The translations under genes and the position numbers were made by a program. DNA of 64,000 bases, taken from NCBI GenBank assembly GCA_964487695.1, contig CAZASC010000003.1, positions 19,306 to 83,305 on the forward strand, written 5' to 3'. The stretch comes from an uncultured Victivallales bacterium. GTDB lineage: Bacteria > Verrucomicrobiota > Kiritimatiellia > UBA8416 > CAZASC01. Numbering within the stretch: position 1 is the first letter of the stretch; each line of letters opens with the position of its first letter. This document shows positions 9,607 to 17,060 of this stretch, one piece after another. The notes beneath the pieces were generated by a model. That model worked only from the letters and a program-made list of their open reading frames with translations. It searched no databases and was not told where the DNA came from.

Positions 9607-9737
9607 GAGCCTCTTGCAAAAGTCCATCGTAAGGCGGTCGCAAAGGATTGCGACCCTCCAGAACTTCGGAAAATCAAACGTTTTCCCCTGGCTGGAGGGC
9701 TGCAATCCTTTGCTGCCGCGACTTTTGAAAGAGGCTC
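9607..9737. repeat. 131-nt extended imperfect palindrome (long stem-loop) in a 476-nt intergenic region
   Basis: Outer arms: 9607-9624 gagcctcttgcaaaagtc against 9720-9737 (17/18 complementary). Inner arms: 9634-9661 against 9692-9719 (24/28). Apical stem: ggaaaa (9668-9673) with ttttcc (9681-9686). Each inner arm also carries its own local hairpin (ggtcgcaa-agga-ttgcgacc; ggctgcaa-tcct-ttgctgcc). Confidence 0.5.
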
Positions 9738-9790
9738 CATAGATACAGATTGTTGCAAAATACTACACTGGCAAATCCGCGTTGTGTGCT

Positions 9791-11044
9791 TCATTTAAGC
9801 TTCTTGAGTGCCTTGACGATATCTTCCGGCTCCATCCGCTTCGTATAGTCAAAATCCACCAGTCCGTCGCTTATGATGGCCTTCTGATCAATGATGTACG
9901 TGGAAGTCACCGGCAGTTGCAAATGTCCCTTGCCGTTGTAACTCTCAAGATCAACTCCGAATTTCTCGCGGTACACTTTCTGCATGGCTTCAGGAACGTT
10001 ATACAGGAGATGGTATGCTTTCATCGTATCGCCGGTCCCATCGGTCAGCAAAGGGAAAGTGAGATTGTTTTGGCCGCTCTGCGCGGTCGCTTTCTCCTCC
10101 ATCTGCGGAGACACGGCGATCAGCGATGCCCCGAGCTTAAGAATGTCCGGATAGACTTTTTCGAGCGCCCTGAGCTGGAGGTTGCAAAATGGGCACCATT
10201 CTCCACGATAGAACACGAGAACAACCGGCCCCTTTTTCAGCGCTTCGTAAAGCGAAACCGATTTTCCAGTTGCGTCCGGCAATGTGAAATCGGGAGCCTT
10301 GTCGCCGATTTTAAGCCCATCATGACCGCTGGAGGCCATGATCTCCTTTTCGGCTTTGTTGAGCGCCTCCTCGGAGTCTTTGTCCAGAGCTTTCTTCTCC
10401 TGCTCCTTGTAAGTCGCGGCGCTTTCCGCCAGCGTCTTGGATTTGGCCGCCTCAGGCTTCGCTTCGATGGCCTCGATGTCAAGAATCAGTTCCACATCGT
10501 TCCCGAGCATCGTCACCCCGTTGGTAAGGGTTGCATTGTAGGCAACGCCGAAATCCATTCTGTTGATCGTCGCTGTTGCATGAAATCCAGCGCGATGCGC
10601 TCCTCGGGGATCCACCCCATGCCCGAGAAACTGTCCCTTGAAAGTCACTTCCTTCGTGATTCCGCGGATGGTCAGGTTGCCGGTAACGGCGCCTGCGTCC
10701 TTTGTATCGCCCAGGGATGTGCTGGTGCTAACAAATGTGGCTGTCGGATGATTTGCGGCGTCGAAGAAATCGGGCGTGCGCAGATGTTTCTCCCGATCCG
10801 CATTAGCGGTGTCAATGCTGGCAATGTCCACCGAAGCGGAAACTTTCATCGTCGTCGGGTTGTCAGGGTCGCCAGAGATGGTGCCCTCGAATTTGTCAAA
10901 GCGTCCTGAGAACATTGAATAGAGATGCCTGACTCTGAATTGAACGCTCGAATGGACAGGATCAATCTGAAACTGCTTTTCTTCGGCCTGTCCGGCGGTC
11001 GCCAGCATCAGCCCGGCAAATAGCGAAATCGCAACCTTCTTCAT
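9791..11044 (-). CDS. Secreted YceI-like domain fused to AhpC/TSA-type peroxiredoxin/redoxin domain
   Basis: Trimmed to ATG 11044, with a GGGAGG-like RBS upstream and signal peptide MKKVAISLFAGLMLATAGQA. YceI-like blocks: FQIDPVHSSVQFRVRH, GNLTIRGITKEVTF, INRMDFGV. A Lys/Glu-rich linker follows, then a redoxin domain (IGDKAPDFTLPD..VVLVFYRGEWCPFCNLQL). Confidence 0.7.
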   Translation of the reverse strand: MKKVAISLFAGLMLATAGQAEEKQFQIDPVHSSVQFRVRHLYSMFSGRFDKFEGTISGDPDNPTTMKVSASVDIASIDTANADREKHLRTPDFFDAANHPTATFVSTSTSLGDTKDAGAVTGNLTIRGITKEVTFKGQFLGHGVDPRGAHRAGFHATATINRMDFGVAYNATLTNGVTMLGNDVELILDIEAIEAKPEAAKSKTLAESAATYKEQEKKALDKDSEEALNKAEKEIMASSGHDGLKIGDKAPDFTLPDATGKSVSLYEALKKGPVVLVFYRGEWCPFCNLQLRALEKVYPDILKLGASLIAVSPQMEEKATAQSGQNNLTFPLLTDGTGDTMKAYHLLYNVPEAMQKVYREKFGVDLESYNGKGHLQLPVTSTYIIDQKAIISDGLVDFDYTKRMEPEDIVKALKKLK

Positions 11045-11194
11045 GATTACCTCCCGAATTTTTTGTTTGTTACAGCGAGAACCGTGCCACAAAAGGGAAG
11101 CATTGTCCAGAATACATGATGCTTTATCCATGGTCTTTCGGGTTAAACTTTGCTGAAGCTGTGACGAAGCGTGGGCTACAACTTGCAACATCTG

Positions 11195-11797
11195 TCATTT
11201 TGTCATCAGAAGCACGGACAACATTGCTGTTGACCAGAGAATGTCCGGCGGAACGTGCCGCTCGCAAGTGGCATCGAACAGCAGTTCGGCCCTGGCCGCA
11301 AACTCGTCGTCTTCGCGCCATAACACGACTGTAAGCGGCAGGCGTGGAAACGGGAAAAGCGTCACGGCTGCATCGCCATAAGTTTGCCGCCCGCCGCCGA
11401 ATCGCAATCCCTGCGTAAGAAATCCATCCGTATCCATGGCATATTTGACGGCCAGAGCATCGAGCGGCAACACATGAGATCCAGTGAAATAGATGGCTCC
11501 AACCTTCAGGTCCGACGGTTTGACAAGCTTGCCGGACAGCGGCAATGCCTGCGCTGCGATCAAGTAATGCAGGATTGAAAGATGGGAGAAATAAGCCATC
11601 TTCTTCAGGATCAAATCGCAGTCCTGAAAAGCGCCGTTGATCGTCAGTTCTTTGGGTGACACGGTTACAGGGTGGCCGAACATGTTTACGATATAACTCC
11701 CGTCCGAAGGATTGTGAGTCGAGAGTGATCGCTCGCAAACGTCAATCGGATTCAGCAACTCCAAGTCCGACCAGGCTTTCTCCTCTCCTGCTTTCAT
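11195..11797 (-). CDS. DUF3786-like protein
   Basis: Trimmed to ATG 11797, 2 nt after the stop of the upstream gene. The sequence (AWSDLELLNPIDVCERS..; LSILHYLIAA; VVLWREDDEFAARAELLFD) resembles DUF3786 proteins as I remember them. This is recognition only, with no search. Confidence 0.45.
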   Translation of the reverse strand: MKAGEEKAWSDLELLNPIDVCERSLSTHNPSDGSYIVNMFGHPVTVSPKELTINGAFQDCDLILKKMAYFSHLSILHYLIAAQALPLSGKLVKPSDLKVGAIYFTGSHVLPLDALAVKYAMDTDGFLTQGLRFGGGRQTYGDAAVTLFPFPRLPLTVVLWREDDEFAARAELLFDATCERHVPPDILWSTAMLSVLLMTK

Positions 11798-11799
11798 CG

Positions 11800-12900
11800 C
11801 TATTTTGTCCACCCATGCCGGTCCCGCAGGAAAGAACTCAAAGACGACGTCAGAGAGAAGACTTGTTCGGCATCGCCGGCTTCCATAAAACCAACGCCGC
11901 AAGAGGGTGTGATCATGGCCTGTCGCGCCAGCCCTTCCGGGTCAAATCCCTTTTTGGCGACAAGCGCCATCATTCGATCGAGCCTGCCGGCAAGACTTTC
12001 AACAGTCTCGGTGCGGATGGCTTCCGTCGTTGGCACGATGCCCCATGCCACGACACCGCCTCGATCGAAGTGCGTGCGAAGCGATGCGCCGTATCGGGCT
12101 ATTGTCTCGCCGTACGCGAATGCGTCGAAATTGAGGATATCAACCCCGGCATCAATCGGAATGCTCCAGTCGGTATTGCCGCAACAGTGCATCCCCGCAA
12201 AAGCGCCCTCGGCCTGGATCGAACTCACGACTTCCCGCAACATTTCCACCACATCCTCCCGCTTCACTCCAATGTACGAGGCGCTGCCGAAAGCGGACAG
12301 AGCGGGTTCATCCACAAAGCAGATCACGTCCTCCGCGTAGCGGCGGAAACGACGGATCTGCCAGCGACTCTTCAAAGCCAGCGTCTTGGTTACGACGTCA
12401 CGCAGTTCTTCCCGGTAATAAACCGGCAGGCCTTCGGCGTCCTGGCATGACAGTGCAAATGTGCAGGGCCCGGTCGTCTGGACTTTTACGAACGGCAGCT
12501 TTGGCCGATTAGCAAGAGCTCTTTCAAAGGCATCAATGCCCTTGGAGAACTCTGATGACAACGCAAAGCGATCCCAGGCTGCAGTCTTCGATGCTTGCCC
12601 CATAACATCCATGTAGTCCTGGTAAAATGCCTCCAGCTCTTCAGTAAGATCGCGGGATGTATCAATCATGGTTTTGCGTTTATCTTCGTTGATTATTGCG
12701 CCGGGCATGCCTTCGCTGTACTGGGCGATCATGTCCTCGCGGACGCCGAGGCGGGGCAGTTGCGGCCAAAACGGCGCTTCAGGGAAATGGCGGAAAACCA
12801 AATTAAGCGCATATTCAGGATCGGCAAACGGCATGCTGCCAATGCCTGTTGCGGTAAACATCGGTGCTCTCATAAGTCTACGATCTCCTGACGTGAACAC
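11800..12900 (-). CDS. TIM-barrel Zn-methyltransferase-like protein (MetE C-terminal / UroD-MtaA superfamily)
   Basis: N-terminus ..ATGIGSMPFADPEYALNLVF..FWPQLP.. and a candidate Zn motif GMHCCGN resemble cobalamin-independent methionine-synthase-like or MtaA-like enzymes. The true start may be Met10 or Met14 of the track ORF. Confidence 0.45.
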   Translation of the reverse strand: MFTSGDRRLMRAPMFTATGIGSMPFADPEYALNLVFRHFPEAPFWPQLPRLGVREDMIAQYSEGMPGAIINEDKRKTMIDTSRDLTEELEAFYQDYMDVMGQASKTAAWDRFALSSEFSKGIDAFERALANRPKLPFVKVQTTGPCTFALSCQDAEGLPVYYREELRDVVTKTLALKSRWQIRRFRRYAEDVICFVDEPALSAFGSASYIGVKREDVVEMLREVVSSIQAEGAFAGMHCCGNTDWSIPIDAGVDILNFDAFAYGETIARYGASLRTHFDRGGVVAWGIVPTTEAIRTETVESLAGRLDRMMALVAKKGFDPEGLARQAMITPSCGVGFMEAGDAEQVFSLTSSLSSFLRDRHGWTK

Positions 12901-12959
12901 ATGCCGAACCCTTTTGCCGGGTTTCTTAGTGTCTTTGTATTTGTTCCAATCGGATTACT

Positions 12960-13478
12960 TCAGCCTTGGTTCTTATTCTTTGGCAAAGACGATGTCGGTC
13001 CGTGATCATGGTCATGATCGTGAGGATGATAATGCGATTGGGTGGGGGTGCCGCCCGCTCCGCCTGCGTCAGCCAGCGCCTTCTTTAGAAGTTCGTCGGT
13101 GGCGGCCATATTTGCCACGGCCTTATCTAGAAGCGCTGCCAGAGTTTCTCCCCCTTCAGCACGCGCTGCTGCTGCCCACTGTTTGAACTCGACCCCATGT
13201 TTCTGGCTATGTTCAATCCAGTGCGGGAGAAGAAACCGCAGTTTCTCAAGCGTCGTTTTCGGATTCATTTCAGGCATCTTTTCCTGTTTTGTCTCGCTCA
13301 CGCTTACTTTGCCCTGCAGGAAATCAATGCCTGTGATCGCCACTCCCTGTATGAGCTTAGGTTGTTCAAACAACGCGTTAGCCCGAATTCCATCATCCAC
13401 CACTTCAAGGAGGGCCGCGTTTTCCAACACAACCTGTTCTTTACCGTTTTGTTTCAGGACAATGCTCATTTGACACAT
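12960..13478 (-). CDS. CooT-like N-terminal domain fused to a helical domain with His-rich tail (putative metallochaperone)
   Basis: The first ~65 aa (MCQMSIVLKQNGKEQVVLENAALLEVVDDGIRANALFEQPKLIQGVAITGIDFLQGKVSVSE) have the Met-Cys start and strand pattern of CooT-family proteins. The C-terminus is helical and ends QSHYHPHDHDHDHGP. The start overlaps the fdhD 3' end by 38 nt. Confidence 0.6.
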   Translation of the reverse strand: MCQMSIVLKQNGKEQVVLENAALLEVVDDGIRANALFEQPKLIQGVAITGIDFLQGKVSVSETKQEKMPEMNPKTTLEKLRFLLPHWIEHSQKHGVEFKQWAAAARAEGGETLAALLDKAVANMAATDELLKKALADAGGAGGTPTQSHYHPHDHDHDHGPTSSLPKNKNQG

Positions 13479-14283
13479 GCGAAACCTCCATTCTCTTTAT
13501 CTGTTTACCATCTGACGTGACGATCCGCCATCCATGAGTGTACACGGAAAGACCGTCATCCCGCACAAAACCGCACAACGTTATGCCGAACCTGTCGGCA
13601 GCTTCGACGGCGGCGTTTGTCGGGGCGCCGACAGCCAGCAAAATCGGGATGCGCGCCCGCCCGGCCTTGATGATCATCTCGATGCTGGTTCGCCCTGAGA
13701 GAAACACCGACGTGGCATCCATGGAAATTTGGTTAAGCATGGCATATCCGATCAGTTTGTCCATCGCATTGTGGCGGCCAACGTCCTCCTTCACGCACGC
13801 AATAGCTCCGTCCGGTTTGATCAATGCGGCGGCATGCGCGCTCCCGGTGGCGCGGAACAGCGGTTGCGAATCCCGGATTGCCGCCTGTACCCGGTGGATT
13901 TGTTCCAGCGAAATCCGGCAATCGGACTCGATTCGCGCAAGCGATCTGATCAATGCTTCAATATCCTCCCTGCCGCAAAGCCCGCACGATGAAGTCATCA
14001 CCAGTGTGCGTTGGGGGTTATCGCTTGGTGCTGAAGTCTTGACCATGATGGCGTCCGGCGTATCGGGACATTCGCTGAGAAGCATGATATCTACGATGTT
14101 TCCGATCAGCCCCTCAGTGAACAGGAAGCCGACGACGAGTTCCCGATCGTTTCCCGGTGTGCGGAGCAGCGTGTAGTTGACGCCGTCAACCTGGATGCTC
14201 AGGGGACTTTCGGAAATAACGACATCGCGACGAAGGTGTCCTTCCGGATGGACTGAATCGAACTTTACCGCTTCGATCTCCAT
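13441..14283 (-). CDS. fdhD: Formate dehydrogenase accessory sulfurtransferase FdhD
   Basis: Trimmed to ATG 14283. Carries the conserved SSCGLCG loop and GRHNAMDK block of FdhD and lies immediately downstream of fdhA. Confidence 0.85.
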   Translation of the reverse strand: MEIEAVKFDSVHPEGHLRRDVVISESPLSIQVDGVNYTLLRTPGNDRELVVGFLFTEGLIGNIVDIMLLSECPDTPDAIMVKTSAPSDNPQRTLVMTSSCGLCGREDIEALIRSLARIESDCRISLEQIHRVQAAIRDSQPLFRATGSAHAAALIKPDGAIACVKEDVGRHNAMDKLIGYAMLNQISMDATSVFLSGRTSIEMIIKAGRARIPILLAVGAPTNAAVEAADRFGITLCGFVRDDGLSVYTHGWRIVTSDGKQIKRMEVSHVSNEHCPETKR

Positions 14284-14318
14284 CTTTTCGGCGGAAGGAG
14301 ACAGATGCGACCGATCAC

Positions 14319-17060
14319 TCACGGAGATGCCCTCTCCACTGCGGCGGCGCAAACCTTGTATTCGGCCGTGCGCGTGATGTTGTCGAAAGCGTTGTTGGTG
14401 AGCAGATTGGTGGACGATTCTACATGGTGGAATGGCATCCAAATGGCACCCGGGCGCACTTTGGACGAAACCCTGGCAAGTACCACAAGCGAACCGCGGC
14501 GGGTCGAGACACGGACGTATTCACCATCGCTTACTCCGATCCTTGCGGCATCGTCTCTGTGTATTTCAACAAAGTTCTCCGGTTCCTTCTGGTCTATTAT
14601 CCCGCTCTTCCTCGTCATGTTGCCGATGTTGTAGTTGAAGAGTGTACGACCTGTCGAAAGAATCATCGGGTATTTCTCGTCCGGCACTTCGGCAGGCGGC
14701 CGATATTTGATGACATGGAAAAGCCCGAGTCCGCGTGTGAATCGTTTCGCATGCAGGTACGGCGTTCCAGGATGATCCTTGTCGGGGCACGGCCATTGGA
14801 GGCCGCGCTTCTCGATGCGTGGGTATGAGATGCCAGCAAAATTAGGGGTCAATGATGCCAATTCGTCCCATATTTCAGAAGGATGCGAGTACGTCATGGG
14901 GTATCCCATGGCAGTTGAGACATCGCAGACGATCTGCCAGTCGGCCCAGGCCTCGCCCGGCGGCTCGACTGCCTTGCGCACACGTTGGACGCGACGCTCG
15001 GTGTTCGTGAATGTACCGTCCTTTTCCGCGAAACACGCGGCAGGAAAGACCACGTGTGCCAGTTTGGCGGTTTCCGACATGAAGATATCCTGACAAACAA
15101 GGAATTCCAGCTTGGAGAGTTCTTCTATGATCTTTGTGCTGTTAGGTTCGCTTCTGACGAAATCCTCGCCCATTGCGTAGATGGCTTTTATCTTGCCTTC
15201 GCCGGCGAGCTCGAAGAAATCGGTGAGCTTTCCCCCCGCGTCGGTGGGAAGCGGCACACCCCATGCGGTCGCGAACTTCTCGCGTACTGCCGGGTCGGCA
15301 ACCTTCTGGTAACCGGGCATGTTCGTGTTCATGGCACCCATATCGCATGCGCCCTGGACATTGTTCTGGCCGCGCAATGGATTGATACCGGACGATTCCT
15401 TGCCGATCTGCCCGCAAAGCATCGCCAGGTTGGCCAGATTCTGCACGTTCTCGGTTCCGCAGGTGTGCTCAGTGATGCCAAGAGTATAGAAAATGGAGGA
15501 CGGCGTTCCGAGAGCATACCACTCTGCGGCTTTCCGTATCAGATCTGCTTCCACCCCGCAGACTTTGGCGGCCTCTTCCAGCGAATAACTGCCCAGATTG
15601 CCGACGAAAGCTTCGAAATTCTCGCAGCGTGTCTTTACGAATTCCGTATTGTGAAGATGCTTCTCCACAATATGCTTCATCATCGCATTGACGAGGAAAT
15701 TGTCGGTTCCCGGCTTGTGCTTGATGTGAATATGCGCATGTTTTGCCATCCACGTGTCCCTTGGATCGCACACGATCAGGCGGGCACCGCGGCGCAGGGC
15801 CTTCTTCATTTCGAGGCCGACGATCGGGTGAGCTTCAGTGGGGTTGGCGCCGATCAGGAAAAGTGTCTGCACATTCTTGATCTCACGAATGGCGTTGGTC
15901 ATTGCTCCGGAGCCGAACGACGACGCCAGGCCGGCGACTGTCGCCGCATGGCACGTTGTAGCACACTGGTCAATATTGTTTGTGCGGCCCGCGACGCGGG
16001 CAAGCTTCTGCATGAGATAATTCTCTTCATTGGTGCAGCGGGATGAACTCGTGAACGCGACACTCTGCGGCCCGTGCTTGTCGCGGATTGCAGTCAGCCC
16101 GCGTCCGACCCGCTCGATGGCCTCAGCCCATGACGCTTCGCGAAACACGCCGTTCTCCCTGATCAAGGGCTTTGTCAGCCGCTCCGGAGAATGGATAAAG
16201 TCGAAAGCGAAGTGCCCCTTGACGCAGAGGTTGCCGTCGTTGCTTCCCTCGCCAGGCTGTGTGGTGACTCGAATGACACGGTTCGTGCGGGGATTAATGT
16301 TGAGATTAAGCGTGCATCCGACTCCGCAATATGTGCACGTTGTCTGCACCTTCACCAGATCCTTGGAACGGCCCTGTCCTCGGGCGCCTTTCTCCCGCAT
16401 GGCTCCGGTGGGACATACCCGTATGCAGCCACCGCACAGTTCGCAATCCGATTCATGCAGGGGCCGTCCATGCGCAGTGTTGATCTTCATCGTTATGCCG
16501 CGGCCGTCAAAAGTCAGCGCGCAGGCCCCCTCCACTTCGTCGCAGAAGCGAACACATCGGCCACAGCGGATGCATTTTTCCACATCGTATTCGATACCGC
16601 GATTGTCCGAAGTGTAGTTCAGTACCTGCGGTTCGACGTGCTGGAAGGTTCCGTAAACAGATTCGCCTGCACCATAACGATATGAAAGGTCTTGCAGCGT
16701 GCAGTCGCCGTCAGCGTCGCAGCTCGTGCAGGCGACCCTGTGTTCGCTCAGCAAAAGTTCGAGAATGGCCTTGCGTCGCGCAGCAAGTTGAGGGGATTCC
16801 GTGGTGACGATCAGTCCATCTTTAACAGGCGTGCAACAGGCGAGAACCGGTTCACTCTCCATCTTGCCGACATGCACCTGACATAGGCGGCATGCGCCGC
16901 TTGGTTCCAATCGCGGTTCGTGACAAAGTCTGGGAATATCCATGCCCCTGACCAGTGCGGCTTCTAGAATTGTCTGGCCTGCCAGCGCTTCGATTTGCCG
17001 ACCGTCAATTGTCAGTCGAACAATTCCATTTTCCGATTTCTTCTCAGAATTTACTTGCAT
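14319..17060 (-). CDS. fdhA: Formate dehydrogenase alpha subunit (Mo/W-bisPGD) with NuoG-like N-terminal FeS domains
   Basis: N-terminal 2Fe-2S region (..SGACRLCQV..), ferredoxin motifs CIRCGRCVRFC and CELCGGCIRVCP, and MopB cluster CTYCGVGC, followed by long molybdopterin domains. The ORF is uninterrupted, so this is a Cys-type enzyme with no in-frame TGA. Start taken at ATG 17060, a 10-nt overlap with the upstream gene. Confidence 0.85.
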   Translation of the reverse strand: MQVNSEKKSENGIVRLTIDGRQIEALAGQTILEAALVRGMDIPRLCHEPRLEPSGACRLCQVHVGKMESEPVLACCTPVKDGLIVTTESPQLAARRKAILELLLSEHRVACTSCDADGDCTLQDLSYRYGAGESVYGTFQHVEPQVLNYTSDNRGIEYDVEKCIRCGRCVRFCDEVEGACALTFDGRGITMKINTAHGRPLHESDCELCGGCIRVCPTGAMREKGARGQGRSKDLVKVQTTCTYCGVGCTLNLNINPRTNRVIRVTTQPGEGSNDGNLCVKGHFAFDFIHSPERLTKPLIRENGVFREASWAEAIERVGRGLTAIRDKHGPQSVAFTSSSRCTNEENYLMQKLARVAGRTNNIDQCATTCHAATVAGLASSFGSGAMTNAIREIKNVQTLFLIGANPTEAHPIVGLEMKKALRRGARLIVCDPRDTWMAKHAHIHIKHKPGTDNFLVNAMMKHIVEKHLHNTEFVKTRCENFEAFVGNLGSYSLEEAAKVCGVEADLIRKAAEWYALGTPSSIFYTLGITEHTCGTENVQNLANLAMLCGQIGKESSGINPLRGQNNVQGACDMGAMNTNMPGYQKVADPAVREKFATAWGVPLPTDAGGKLTDFFELAGEGKIKAIYAMGEDFVRSEPNSTKIIEELSKLEFLVCQDIFMSETAKLAHVVFPAACFAEKDGTFTNTERRVQRVRKAVEPPGEAWADWQIVCDVSTAMGYPMTYSHPSEIWDELASLTPNFAGISYPRIEKRGLQWPCPDKDHPGTPYLHAKRFTRGLGLFHVIKYRPPAEVPDEKYPMILSTGRTLFNYNIGNMTRKSGIIDQKEPENFVEIHRDDAARIGVSDGEYVRVSTRRGSLVVLARVSSKVRPGAIWMPFHHVESSTNLLTNNAFDNITRTAEYKVCAAAVERASP

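Noticed and set aside
14319-17060. Selenocysteine (in-frame TGA) in the formate dehydrogenase
   Set aside because: The ORF is continuous across the active-site region (..QCATTCHAAT..), so no recoding needs to be invoked.
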